A stretch of 64,000 nucleotides of DNA from Vicugna vicugna (lineage: Eukaryota), in NCBI GenBank assembly GCA_013265495.1, contig MU057560.1, positions 3,160,909 to 3,224,908 on the forward strand. Reading direction: 5' to 3'. The notes beneath the pieces were generated by a model. The model was given only the letters and a program-made list of their open reading frames with translations, ran no database searches and was not told the DNA's origin. Numbering within the stretch: the stretch's first letter is position 1; every line of letters begins with the position of its first letter. A program made the translations under genes and the position numbers. Shown here one piece after another: positions 11,321 through 24,627 of the stretch.

Positions 11321-11431
11321 CTTCATCTCGATCTGCCTGGTGCCCAGATTCTCAAACAGCAGCTTTACCCAGGTTTTCCCGTCGTCCGAAGATCCCCTCA
11401 GCTGAGAGAACTTAAATCTCCAGAGCACGTC
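11321..11431 (-). CDS. SNTG2: SNTG2 exon 16 equivalent (111 nt, intact): DVLWRFKFSQLRGSSDDGKTWVKLLFENLGTRQIEMK
   Basis: Acceptor ccttcctttacag|GAC, donor AAG|gtaggc; 30/37 identical to recalled human exon (syntrophin-unique region). Confidence 0.95.
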
Positions 11432-14199
11432 CTGTAAAGGAAGGAACCAGTGAGCGGTTTAGACACCAGCGCTCCTTTGTCCAGTTAGCGTCTGTCACGA
11501 GTCACAGAATCTTGTGAAACGCTGCAGACACTTGCCTGTTACGTTGTGCAGCTGAGGGCCTGGTCACGACTCAGAATCCGCACCTTCTCTCTCTGGGTCT
11601 AAGGCACGGAACCCCTCAAACACCAGGCTTCCTGGGGGTCCCTCCAGCCAGGCTCCCAGTGGCCGGTCGGGGTCCTGGGAGCCCGGGCCTCCACCGTGCC
11701 CCCTCCCGCCCCACTCCACCCTCGCCGGCTTTCTCTCGGCTTCTCCTGGACATCGTCCCAAAGCATCGGAAGAGCACTGCTCCTTTCTCTGCTTGTAAAC
11801 CTTGGAAAACCCACTCCAAGGCCTGAGTGAACGCGGTCGAGATTGCAGATAAAATGAAGACCTTTCTCCCGACAGGCACGTGCCCGCCTGAGGCCACATC
11901 CAGATCCCTCAGCGTTGGGTTCCCCAGAACCAAGCCAAGAAGCATAGACAACATTAACTCCTCTGCGCTCTGCTGGTGCAGGAGTCACTGCGTGCTCGCC
12001 ACGGTCCTGGAGAGATGAGTATACTCCGTAAACGCCTGCTCTCTAATAGAAAGGGAGGCTGCGCCAGAATAAAGACTTAGCGGCTGCCCTTCACAGAAGA
12101 CAGCCTGTGACTGTCGACTCTTCATGGTAATACACCTTCGTCTTCCAGGGAAAACCCCAGGAGAGAGCAGCAGTTATTTTTCAGCAAGTTACATGCTGCG
12201 TTTGTATTAAAAGCGTCTATTTTGAAATAATGCACATATTTTTCTCTCAGTCTCACGGAAGGCCAGGAGGCTGGGAGGTGGGGACCCTGAGGGCATGGTG
12301 ACGCCGTGTGCCCCTGGGCGGCAGATTCCACCCTCGCCACCCGCAAGGCTCCGGGCACGGCTTTGTTTTGTTTTGAACCTCGAAGCCCAAGAGTCTCCAG
12401 GTTTCACGGCCCAGGTCAAAGCACATGTTCCTTCTGGTTTCGAGAGACCTGGAACTCCGCAAGTCCGAGGCCGTGACCCCACATCTTCCACGTCCTCGGT
12501 GGGAAGCCGAGTCCACGCCCCCGGCTTGGGCCCCAGGGCCCTTTCAGGCTGGGATTGCTGGACTCGACCTAGAGCGCAGACTTTCGGAGGCCACGTCAAT
12601 CGCCACCAGGGTATGGGTTCCAGAAGGGCCGCTGGCCCACGGAATAAACTGAAGGAACCAACCAGAGCACCGGCAGCCCGGCCGGGAGGGCCAGGGACAG
12701 TGGGGAGATCCCTGAAGCGCCTCCCCCCACCCTCCCCGGGGCTCCCAGCGTCGGGGCATCGCCTCGCCTACTGCCCACCCTCCGAGGGCTGGGGAGGGCC
12801 GCTGTGGTTTCAGCCTCTAGGTTTCATGAAAACAGCTCAAATCTCAGCTGCCTTTAAACTACCCGCCCTTAAGCTGTCCTATGAGGAACCTGCAGTCACT
12901 TAAGGACGGGCGTCCAAGAAGCCAGAGGAATCATGGTTTTGCCAAATTCCTCACAAAATAAGCAAGACCCAAACGTCTCTAGGAACACCACCACTCAGTG
13001 TTTGCTCAAATCTCATTAAAAAGAGGTCAAGGAACATTCTGGGAATGACCTTCATAATTATCATTACATAGAATCATAAATGGCTGTTAAAACAGTATAG
13101 ACAAAAAAGAGCCAAAATCCCCACTTGAGAGTCCTGCTTGCTGTTCAGAGAATTCTCGAGGGTCCTTACGGCCAAGTCCGTGTGGAACGCTCCTTGTGCA
13201 CTGGCATCCTGTGTGCGCTGATCGGAGAGCAGTGCTGGCGTCTGAAACAGACACACAGTTCCTTTGCTTAAAGCCGTGCTCTGACTCCCCGTGAGGGCCC
13301 CCGAGTGGGTCAGGCAGGACAGCTGCCACGGGGCGGGGCTGGCGGGCACCTCCGCCCTCCCTCGCTGGCGAGCGGGACGGGAAACAGGCTAAGGCCAGGC
13401 TTCATCTTCCGAGGGCAGGCGGTTAGTGGCGGTGACCTCTGCCCACTTCCTTTGCAGCAGACATGAGCGATCAGAACGCGGGCGACGGGCAGCACACCCG
13501 CTAACGGCCCGGCTGGCTGGACCCCAGACTGGGGGAGGGGCCGAGCTGCAGGCTCACTGGTTGGCGTTCTTCTGTGTGGTCCGGCCGAGCCTGGCTCCTC
13601 TCCCGTCAGGTCGGAGCCAAATCTTCACCTCCCACTGCGAGAAAGGCAACTTCCTGTCTGGTTTCCCCCCAGACCACGGTTCCACCTCCGTCTCAGCTCA
13701 GCCCGGAGCTTTATCCGATCTCAGGCTGGGAACTGGCCACTGGGTGACGAGGTCTGTCCTGAAGCCCCCTCTGACGGCCCTGACACAGAAACGCTACTTT
13801 TCTGCTCTGAGTGGAGAGCATCACTGGTAAAAGAAAACGTGGGTGCAAGTTAACATTTAGGGACAAGGCGGTGCCCCAAAGTAACAAGCAAATAAGGAGA
13901 AAAGTTCCCTTTGGTTCCCGGTCCCAGACCCTTGACGACACGGGTGTGGGCAGCCCCAGAGGACACGCAGCCTAGAGGAGGGCAGGTCCGAGCCCCACGC
14001 CTGTGCCGGGATGTCCACACCGTTTCCTAAGCCATGTTGTGTCCTCTCCCCTCCTGCTTAACGACAGAACTGGGCATTGGTCAGCCCTAAACCCAGGGGT
14101 CAGTAAACATGCGGGGCCTCTGCCGTGTCCAGCAGGGGGCGGGGGCGGGCAGCTGGATGGAGGTTTAGCTGACTCTGGTTTCATATTTCCATTCTCTCT

Positions 14200-14320
14200 C
14201 TTTTTTTTCTAGGGGGAGAGACAATTAGGTCTTATTTATTTTCTAGTTGGCGGTGCTGGGGATTGAACCCAGGACCTTGTGTGCGCCAAGCATGTGCTTT
14301 ACCCTGAGCAAGCCCTCCCC
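14200..14320 (-). mobile_element. tRNA-Ala-derived SINE (camelid-type, with tail)
   Basis: ggggattgaacccaggaccttgtgtgcgccaagcatgtgctttaccctgagcaagccctcccc preceded by a T-rich tail. Confidence 0.85.
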
Positions 14321-15007
14321 ACCCTTAGTTTAATATTTTCAAAATCGTCTAGAAACGTAGAAGTACTGGAGACGGTCTTCTTATCCACTTTGTCAGGCGC
14401 AGAAGACGCTTCCTGCTCAGACGCATGTCTTTCCCGTGCATCTCAGACCTTCTCAGCGTACCGCGCCTTTATTAATGTCGGGAAAGGAGGACTGAGGGTG
14501 AACGGATTCACGCCGAGAAACAGCTGCTCACCTGCTCCCTGTCCGGCGCGGGGAGCGGGGACTAAGAAATCCGACCACGCGGATGCTCCGGAGGGGGCGC
14601 CGTGCAGACGCCCAGCGTTGAAGTTTGCTGTGTCGTCGAGTCCAGGGTTTTGTTCTTACAGCGTTCGGCTAATAAGTAGCACTGCCACGCTGGGGGTCCC
14701 GCTTTACCAGGAGATCACACACACGCGGTCCTCTCACAGGGTGATGTCGCAGAGAAGCGCCAGTTATCGTGCAGCGATAAGCTCCCCCTCCCCCCGGCCC
14801 CTGCGACTGGAGGTCGGCCCGCCTGGCGCTGGGGCTCCTGAAATCTGGGACCTGAGCCTTCACAGGGGGGTCAGCCGGGGAGGACAACTCGCTCCCGCAC
14901 GCCGGTCGGGGCTGGTGATGGCCGCAGACGCGCGTGGGCTCTCACGTCCCTGCAGCGCCACAAAGCGCCCGGCCGAGGGGCTCCTTGCTCTACTGCCGGA
15001 TGCTCAT

Positions 15008-15091
15008 CTTTGGGAAGCAGGTGAATCCCAGCGCGAAGTCCAGCGTGAAGCACAGGGCGTCTCCCCGCCAGCTGCACAGGTACGTTTTGGA
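15008..15091 (-). pseudogene. SNTG2: SNTG2 exon 15 equivalent (84 nt, 9 nt short) with AT donor: SKTYLCSWRGDALCFTLDFALGFTCFPK
   Basis: Acceptor catacttttttag|TCC; matches recalled human SRTYMCSWQGEMLCFTVDFALGFTCF; followed by AAG|atgagc (gtgagc-like). Read-through meets an in-frame TAG at 14992-14990. The 3' boundary is inferred. Confidence 0.85.
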
Positions 15092-18000
15092 CTAAAAAAG
15101 TATGAATTGGGAGAAAACGTTATTTAATAATGCCGTCTTTTACTATTTTTAATTAAAAACGAAATACAAAGAGCATCACACGGAGGAGGGATAAATTAGG
15201 ATTTGGGGATCAGCAGACACAACTACAAAATGTAAAACAGACCAGCAGCAGGGAGCTACATTCAACGCGCTGCGGTACCCGCCAGTGAGGAAGGGTGCAT
15301 ACGTGTACAGCCGAGGCACCGTGCTGCACACCAGAAACAAACTCAGCCCTGTAAATCAACGCGACATCCATCAGAAAAGCTACTACGAACAGGAAAAAGG
15401 CAGAGACACCCCACCACACGGGTCTTCCGCCGCCCGGCCCTCCCTGCCCCCTCCTTCTCCGGCCTCTGCTTCTCCTCCTCTCACCCCTTTGCAGTTTGTA
15501 GCATGGACGGAGGCCCACACAAATGCTGCTCAGTTTTGCCTATTTCTGAGATTCGTGGAAATGGACTCAGAACTGCTGTGCCAGCCCAGACCCTCTGCAA
15601 GCCGTGCTGACGGGCCCAACCCGTCCCCTCCGCTTGCTGACTTTGCCCTTCTAGTGAGTGCAAACATCTCACTGTGACGGGAGCGGACGTTTCCCTGACA
15701 CTTGGGGGCTCCCCCTCCGGGTGGCCCACCCTCCACGGTCCCTCCCAGGCTCCTGTCCCGGGAGCCCCTGGCCCACATCCCTCCTCTGAGCATCTCCAGG
15801 TGGAGGTGGGGACCCGGGGGGCAGCCCTCGGAGGAGACATGTGTTCGAGCCCTGGGCACCCTCCCTGTCTGGGATGGGGTCGGTCACGTGTGTGTGTCAC
15901 ACAGTTCACTCAGGAAATACCTGGCCTGGGACACATTCAACATGCTGGACGTGTGCAAAACGTCACGAGGCGGGGAAATCCTACGTGTTTTCCCTCGAGA
16001 ATAAATGTCTGCATGGCTCTGTTTCTGCACCGCCCTTCAGGGTGGGTTCTCCCTGAACACGGCGGCTTGGACTCCGCAGGTGTGCCGGGACGTGGGGCCC
16101 CAGGTGGGCGGTGGGTCACGGACCCTTTGACTAGGGAGGCAGAACTCTGTCCATCCTGGTGGAACAGGACAGGCCAGAGCACCTGACACCACTGCCCCGC
16201 GGGGAAACGCGGAGGGAAGTGTGACAAATGACTGATTTCCAGGGAGCTGCTGCTGCTGGAGACACGACAGGCCGGGCCAGGTGCGGGAGGGCTGGCGGGG
16301 AGGCCGGGCTCTGATCTGCTTCTGGGCGAGTGCCCACCACCTTCCACGTCCTGCACCCCCCAGGCTCGAAGCAGGAGGGTGGGGGCAGGCCCCTCACCCC
16401 ACAGGGCCCGCCCACCGTGAGGGCGGCCGTCTCTTCGGAAGCGAGGCCCAGTGCGCAGGGAAGCTCTTCGAAGGCCCTGCTTTCCTGGGGGCTGTGACCG
16501 GGCTCCACGCCCCGCGCTAAGACAGTCCGCGTCCCGCGGGCCCTCCCTCTGAAGCCGCCCCACCGACGGACGGCAGTGTGCCCGGGGAGGGTGCGGGGCG
16601 GTGAGGGAAGAACTGTAAGGCGCACAGGATTCTGGAACCTCGGGCCGTCCAGGGGAGCAGGAAGCCCGCGTCCTGCTGCGTTTGTAGCTGTTGGTCTGTC
16701 AGATTTTGAGATACGCAGACAGAGACTAAGGCAGCAGGGGGTGACGTCACGCACCACCCAGACTCACTCAGCAGTGAGCCCCCCACCACATGTGTAACCC
16801 CGACCCTAACATGCCTCCTGTGACCCTCAGTTCCATTCCAGGAGAAACTTCCCCGTCCCGACATTTCCCGTGTCCTTATGTAAACCCTTGGGGAACAGGG
16901 TTAAAACTAAGGAATGCTTGAGGCACTGAGACGGACTAGCTCATCAAAGAGGACATCTTCTACTAACAGAGTCATTCTCCCCATAAGCTTCTGCCCCTTT
17001 GGGGAAGTTATTCTGGGGAGATGATGTTATCTGAGTAAACAGGGAGCGGAATCTGCCGTGCTGGCTGTGCACACACTGCCCTATGTGCTGTGACATCCAC
17101 TTGACGCCTGGACCACTGGTCTTCAGCCTCGTGGCCACAGCTCTAGAGCTCACAGGGATGCGGGACCATGCCCAGCAGGAGGCGGGCACGGATGCTGCCC
17201 AGATGGACCCACGCTCCAGGGTCACCGAGCATCACTATCTTCCCAGCATTCCAGCTCGAGTCCGGGGGGATGTGGGATTTGATCCTCCAAGCTCCGATGA
17301 AACAGGAACAGCACAGACCCCAGACAAACCCCATGCCCGACTCAGAGCCAGAAGACCTGCTCACCTGCACCTCCTGCTTCTGGGACAGAGACGTGCACCG
17401 AGCACGAGCCCGGCCAGTGTCCTCCGGGCAGCAGGCGTGACTTCTCCTCCGGACGTTCCGGAACTTAAACACAGGCAGGGCGTTCACGTTCCTCCGACGC
17501 CCAAGGACGCAGACTTGTGATTCTTAAGACGCCGAGATACTTTGCTCATGATCTGTGCTGGAGTTTCTCCCCTTATTCTGACACCTGCGTCCTCAGGCGA
17601 CGCGGTTCTTCGCTGGTAGAATGTGCTGTGACTGCAGGCTGGAGGAAGCATCGTCTTGCCTAAACCACCGTGGCTGATCCATTTACAGTTAAAATTAGCA
17701 GAGACTGGAGTTCCTTCTTGCATTTCTGATGTTTTCATCAGAAGTACGTTACTTTCTAAATATAAGTCGGGTCAGCGGTCATTATAACCTAATCATTCTA
17801 GAAACTCCCATGATTTTCCCTCCGGTGACTCAGTGCATCTCTGCTCTGCAGATGACCTAAGGTTCTCTTATGAATTCCTCCATTTACCAACTATTGAGGT
17901 GCACAAAGTACCCCGTGCTGAGAGGAACTAGGGAAGTGGTCAAAACCTCACTCCTGGTAGGGGCGAGGCTGGGTTGGAGCACAGGGTCCGGCTGTAACAC

Positions 18001-18419
18001 CTGGATGGCTCTCGTTGCTGCACGCATCACCCTAGGTGCCTCCTCCAGGCAGAAAGGAGCCTCCGCAGTCTTCTGACGAGGGTGGCAGAGGCCAGCGGTG
18101 TTGAAGAGGACCAGACTGGCAGCAGCGTGTGCCACGTCGTGATAGAGGGGAGTCGTAAACACAGCGGCCAGCTAAGAGGTGATGGCTGCCCCCCAGCCTG
18201 AGCACACGCGAGGCCATCTGCACCAGGCCCCCGACTCTGGGGTGCTCAGGGAGTTCCAGAACGTTCTTAGCCCCCGGGCCTAGCGGGGTGTGGCTGGCGT
18301 CCAGCGTGGGGGTCGTCTAGGCGGCGCTCCTGCAGCTGCAGGACGGTCTTCCAGGCTGTCCTTCACTCTCCCAGCCATGCTGCCATCACTCAGTGCCGCT
18401 CCCCTTTAGGTGAAATCCT

Positions 18420-18720
18420 TCAAAAGCCCTCCACGGGTTGGGACACAAAGCAAGTCTTCACAATTCAAAAGAATGAAATCTCACGTTGGAACGAAGCGAG
18501 GAATCACTGAGAGAAGGAAAAGTGGAAAACAAGAAAATACATGGAAATTAAACATCCTCTTGACAGCAAATGTGTCAAATCAAAGGCCACAGAGACATCA
18601 GAAAATACCCTGAAGTAAATTAAAGTATAAACACGACCAACTGGAACTTCGGGGAGGCAGCGACACCAGTGGTGAGGCTGCCGCAGGGAGTCGCGCTGAC
18701 GAAGAAGAAAGCTTTCAAGT
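18420..18720 (+). mobile_element. L1 ORF2 fragment (region after the endonuclease domain)
   Basis: Track ORF 18410..18613 contains NTWKLNILL, an L1 ORF2 motif; A-rich L1 composition. Confidence 0.7.
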
Positions 18721-20289
18721 CAGCATCTCACTTGATGCCTCACAGGACTTGAAAAGGAACAGAGTAACCCCAAGGGCCCGAGGAAACAAGGACCGAGCCA
18801 GAGGCAAAGCAGAGGCTAGAGATGCGGGCGGGGCTGAGCGCCTTGAACCGGGTTGCCGGACACTGGCCGTGGAAACCGAGTAACAGGTTGAGAACCAGCT
18901 CACGGGAGCCGTGTCTGGAACACTGAAAGCTGGAGTGCGCCACGTTACACATTTCTGTCTTCTGGTCGGTTTCCATTCCTGATTAGGGCCCGACCTCCAT
19001 CTGCATTTTAACTCAGTCACGCTCCTCAAGGCCCGGGGCCTCCCTGACACCTCAGGGACCTACCCAGTGAACAGTGGCTCCCTGTGCGTGGGGATGGACA
19101 CTCCCCTGTGAGGCGCACACACCGCGGTGCACACAGCACAGGCCGGCTGCAGCCTGAGGCAAACACACACGCCGAGAGGACCAAGCATCGTCCTGCTCCT
19201 CCGAAGACACAGCACCGTGGGATGGACACCGTCAGCGGGACGTCGGCCACGAGACGTCCACGTCCTGGTCCCCGAGCTATGGGTGTGCTCCCTTCATGGA
19301 AAAGGGGGCTTTGCTCATGTGATCACGTTCAGGACTTTGAGGGGGTGGAGCCTGGGTCACCCTCATCAAGTTATGTGAGCCCTTACAAGTGGGGGCCGTG
19401 TTCCCCTTGGCCTGAGGGACGGGAGATGGCATGAGGGTGACGGGGGCACTGCTGGCGCCGAGGACGGAGGAGCCCCGGGGGCCCCAGAGGGAGAGCTCCG
19501 CCAGCAGCCTGGCGACCACCCTGAGCCGCAGGTCTGTGGGACAGCGGGAGGGGCGGCGTTTCCCCCACGGCGCTCGCGGTGCCCCTCACGCAGGAGCAGG
19601 GCGCCGACAGACGCTCCGGCTGCTCTGCTGCATCTGACTGTGTGCTTCTGGCATTCGGGTTTTCAGTGACCTTCAGCAGCTTCGCTGACTTCTTCCCCTT
19701 TCAAGGCCGCCTGGAGATAAACTGTCGTCTCAGCCTCGTCCTTGAACCAGCTCCCTTTCCTTTTCGTGTCACACCTGCCTTTTCTGAACAGCCTCCCAGG
19801 AGCCACCTTCCACCGGGTGGCTGTAACTCGGGCCACGGCCTCCCGTGTGAGGACCTGGCACAGCAGCAGCCCCTTCGCAGGCGGAGCCTCACGTCCCCAG
19901 GCTCCTCGGCCCCGAGACGGAGCAGGGGCGGCGCCCCCTCTCCTGCCCTCACTGCACCAGGACCCTCGAGTTTCTCACACTCAGGAGGTCACCTGGCCGA
20001 CCCTGTGGGGTCTCCCCAGTGCAACACCCCCCACTCCCACGTCCTCCTCCTGCCTCCTGTCTGTGAAAACTTCAGCCAAAGAATAAATTTAATCAGAGGA
20101 AGAAAAAATACAGAAACAAAGGAAAACAGCCAAACGAGACAAAATAACGGCTGAGCCATCACACAAAGGCAAAGACCCGCAGCTCCTTCTCGAGGGCTGT
20201 GTGTCCTGAGCCCTGTCCTTCGAGCTGTTTGCAGGCGCTGAAGCCCCCACCAGGTGGAAGAAGTTGCCTGCGTGCCGACCAGGCTGCAG

Positions 20290-20659
20290 CCACGACAGAA
20301 GCTGCCACAGTTCTGAGCACTGGCCTCAAGGAAGTGGGAACCAACCAGCCCTGGGACTGAAGATCAGCTGCACTTAAAAAACAGTCAAGGTGACGCTGGT
20401 CAGACCCCGCACGGCCGATTCCAAGGTGCCTGTCAGAGCTGACCGTGCTGCTCCACCTGCCACCCCCGCCTGGCACCCCAAAACCCCCGTTAGAAGCTCT
20501 TGCCCCTGATCGGCAGTGGGGAGTGGCTCTTTGGGGCGTGAGTCCCCCTTCTCCCCAGGAGGCCAGCCTCCTGAATAAAGCAACCTTTCCTTCCTACCCA
20601 CACCCGTCTCTCGGTTTGGGGCTCTTAGGTGTGGAGCAGCTGGACCTGAGTGGGTAACG
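20290..20659 (+). mobile_element. ERV1-class solo LTR
   Basis: Internal gactgaagatcagctgcacttaaaa..gacgctggtcagacc, polyA signal aataaagcaacctttcc, 3' end gagcagctggacctgagtgggtaac. Confidence 0.7.
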
Positions 20660-23354
20660 AGGACCCACCCTTGGCTTGGAGACAAGCACGACTGAGCAGG
20701 AAACCACTCGAGGGGCGGGGTGGTCGCATCTTCGCCGTCGGCCTCAGTGGGTGTTGCGTGTCTGCACACACACTGGGGCCACACGGCTGCTGCTGGTGAG
20801 GGTCTGCGCATGAGCACGCAAAGTGCCAGACTCGGACTCGCGAAGCTTGCCCAACCACAGCACCCACAAGGGGAGCAATGCTGGTGCTGGGATGGAAGCA
20901 CCTGCTGGGTGTTTCTAGGAGGCTGGGAAACGAACACATCGAAGGCGCTGACTGTGAGCTCCTCTGTGAGGTCACTGAACTGCGTACCTTCCTTCAGTGG
21001 CGAGGAAGTCCTAGAGAGGGTGTGCAGACAAACACATGGCCATTACAGGAACCACCAGGTTTAACGTGCATTCAGACAAGGCTCCAGCTCGGTGAGGAGC
21101 CCACAGGACCAGCCTCAGAGCTGCGACGCCCTCGCCTGTGGGAGTGTGTGGACGCGGGGAAGATGCAGCACGAACAGGGTGTCAACAGAAGCATCCCAGT
21201 TGCGCTGAGGGTTTTCACGTCACACAGCCCTGGCTGCAAAGCCACATCCACAAACGCCCAGGTGAGTCAGAGCCGCGACAAGCGTGCTGTCGTAATGAGC
21301 ACAACCTAACTCTTAACCGGGTCGTGAAGCCGGTGCTTCTGGTAAGAAAGTCAGTGACCGCGTAAGTCTAGCCCGAGTGTCCTTCAGGGTTTCACGTGAC
21401 CCTCCGTTAGGAGCGCTTGGTTCATTTCTCGCAGGGGAGCAATGAAGCGTCTCCGCAGCAGTCCACGTGGTGTCACAAAACCTCCCACTACAGGGGTGTC
21501 GTTTTTTTAATAACTCGGCCTGAAATTAATTACAAATTTATCTGAAAAATCTAAGCATTTAAGGAAATGCTGTTTTCATATTTTAATGCCGGGGGCTTTA
21601 TAAACGTCAATTAATTAATTTTCATAGCACGCACTCATGAACTGTATTCATATGAAATGATGGGTGTTCACTAAGTTTAGTGATTATTGTGATAGTCATC
21701 TCGTGACGCGTGTCAGTTGTCACTGCGCTGCACACCCTGACCTCGTGCGGTGCTGCGTGCCAGTCACATCTTGGTAAAACTGGAAGGAAAAACCACATTC
21801 TTGGCCATGCCTTTCTCCGCTTGTTTCTGCCGTGAACTGTCTACCCCCCGCTTTATCTACTTACTTATTTGTGTTGTTTCAGAGTCGTTTGTTTGCTCTT
21901 TCGTTGCAGGAAAGTCAGCCTGCGACTTTCCGTGTCGGTGTCCGGTGTTCGGTGTAGCCGTCCTGGGCGTTTCTTGCCGGTGCCTGCAGGCTCCTCAGCG
22001 ACCCCGGCTCGTTGGGTCTGACCTCACTTTTCCTTTCGAGCTGAACTCTGATTCTTTCACTGCACCCATCCCTCTTCTGCTTTAGAGGAAGCCGCCCCCG
22101 TCCCAGGCCACACTGCGGACGCTGGTCAGCAGAGGGCGGCCCCTGGACAGGCCTTTCTTCCATCCAACAGGTTCACGACCTAATCTGGCAGGATCAGAGC
22201 CCGACTCCCTGGGGAGCTGTGCCCCCTCCGTGAGCGCGGGGAGAGGGCCGGCTGCACCCTTGCGTCTGGCAGAGGTCCTGCAGCAAGAGGGAGGCATTCA
22301 GGGAAATCCAGACCTCGGCACCCAACCGGGGGTGCGCGAGGAGCCACTGCCCGGCAGGCACCTGTTCTCACGATGCTGACGGTCGCTGAGTAAAGAGTCC
22401 TGTGACTTGTGGCCAAAGGCAGCCTGTCTGATGCGCATTCTTCACGCTGCGTGCTGCTGTAGGAAAGAGATCCTTTTGGAAAAAACTTCAAATTCTATCA
22501 GGGCATCCCTGGTATAAACAAAAATGTTGTGAGCTGATGTGAAAAAATGCACAGAATTTTGCGCACTGCAGCGCAGCACGCACATATGAGTACACGTTTA
22601 AGAAGGAAGAGAAGGACCACCGAGATGGGAAAGGCGCCTGACAAACACGCGCCCTGACGCCTGCGTCTGCGCCTGAGCTCGGCAGCGGGTCGGGGAGAAG
22701 CTGGGCCTCGCGGGGCTTCGATGCGTTCCGGTGCAAATACGACACTGAATTCTGGCCCCCTCCGTGTGCCACCTGCAACACAGATGCTGTTTAAATACAA
22801 CAAGCCAAGCAAGTGCTCTTGAGACGGGAGGGCCGCGTGACAAGCGCCAAACGGGCGGCTAACTCGGACTTAGGATTTTGCTGTGAAATGTACTGACCCA
22901 GATAAGACGCAGAGCGAGATTCCTGCGAAGACAAGTGTGTTTAAATCCAGAGCCAGGGACGGGCTCGGGGACGACCTGCAGGACCCTCTGAGAGGAGGAG
23001 GGGAGCAAGGAACGCGGGAGAAGCGCTGCCCACGGCCGCCGCGCTCAGGGTGGAGGGCCGGCTGCCCCACAGGGACGGGGCCTCTGGGGACGTGGAGCTG
23101 GGCGTCGGGCCGGGCAAACCCGCGTGAAGACGGAGCGCCAGACACGCCCGGAACCACAGAGCCAGACACGGGGCGGGGGCAGCGAGCTCGGCTGGCATCT
23201 GCAGCGTCCCTGCACTTTCTGGGCTCTTCCCCGCGTTCCCTCTTGTCTCAGGGAGGCGGTGTGTTTAGCAGAGAGAACGTGCCTCCCAAGACCGAAGTGC
23301 GCAGGGCGGGATCGCAGGGTGTGGCTGCCCTTCTCCGGGTGACCGTGGAGAAGC

Positions 23355-23485
23355 CCCCAGCCTTTCTGAACCTGTTTTTCTCTTCAGTGAAATGAGAGGA
23401 GGAACCATGATGGCTGCGTCTCAGGCGTGTTTGGAAAAGTAAATACCGTGTTAAATGCACCTGGTCTGGCACAGGGTGCACTAAA
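23355..23485 (+). mobile_element. MIR SINE remnant
   Basis: ctgaacctgtttttctcttcagtgaaatgag...gttaaatgcacctggtctggcacagggtgcact resembles the MIR core and 3' end. Confidence 0.55.
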
Positions 23486-24627
23486 CTAACACAACTTGAA
23501 ACGGCTCATGGTGCCTCTGTGATAACCCTTGGTTTGCAGATTTGCTAATGGTGTTCTGGAGAAATCACTGGTCTGAGTTCATGGTCAGGCCAGGACTTGA
23601 GCCCTTCTGACTAATTCCTTCTACCTCCTGAGTCTAGAAAACCGAGAAGTCAGGGACCGACTCTCTGGCGCCGAGGTTGCTCCCGACCGGGAGTGGGGGT
23701 GCTGCAGGGCCTTCCTCGGACACAGGCATCCTGAGTGAGAAGTCAGAGCTGCAGATCGGGGACCCCGCCCCCGAGAGGCCGGGACGGCCTTTCAGTCCTG
23801 CACAGTCGAGCCCCCGGGCTTCCTCCAGCCCTTGTGAGGCCCCGCACAGCTGGCGTGGCCCCTGGACCCTCCCCATCCCAGCTCTGCCCAGTCCTGGGAA
23901 AAGGACGGGGCCACCTACTGTCACAACAGAGCTGCAATGATGACACGGAACCTTTTCACACTCAAAACAGCGCTCAGTAACAGGGCCGCCGCCCTTGGTG
24001 ACCAAGTCCACACCGAGGACGTCAGAGCCAGGCCGGGGGAGCCCAGAGCCGTGCTGTGGGGGTCAGTCAGCTCCGTGGTGCCCCACTGCCTTCCCTCCAC
24101 GCATGTCCCCCCGAGAAGGGCTCTGCCATTCTGCGAGGATTCTTGCGCACTCTTCCTCCTCCATTCAGTCCAAGCACACTCACTCCAGTCCAGAGAGACA
24201 CCTGCTGCTGTGAGGGGGCAGAGCCATCCAGATGCACAGGCTGTCCGCATTCTCACTGCGTCATTAAGTCGTCAGGGGGCCCACTAAGCGCCTTAAAGTG
24301 TGACAAATGTCCAGGTAGCATCACCGTACACCCACCGGCGGACGGACCCCAGGGAGGCGGGGTGCGGTGGGCTTAGACGCTAAGTGTCGTGGTCCCTCCC
24401 CACATTAAGCATAACGACTGAAGTGGGTGGGACGGAAGCGTCTCACCTGTCCCTGTAACCCCGCACCCACCTGCTGCGCATGCCGAGCACAAGACCATTT
24501 GACCTGGTGACTGGACGGAAACACTCAACCTGTGAGGTTCATTTTCACGGAATGATTGTCACACATGCTCTCATTTGTGCTTCAGGCCCCGAGCAGGTTT
24601 CCGCAGAGAACAGTGTGTGGCACTTAC

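Noticed and set aside
15002-15007. Minor-spliceosome (AT-AC) intron after exon 15
   Set aside because: ATGAGC does not match the U12 donor ATATCC, and the exon 16 acceptor is a standard polypyrimidine-AG.
14279-15127. 282-aa plus-strand ORF and apparent plus-strand exon 15031-15079 (cag|gtacgt)
   Set aside because: Starts inside a SINE, and its 3' end is the antisense of SNTG2 exon 15.
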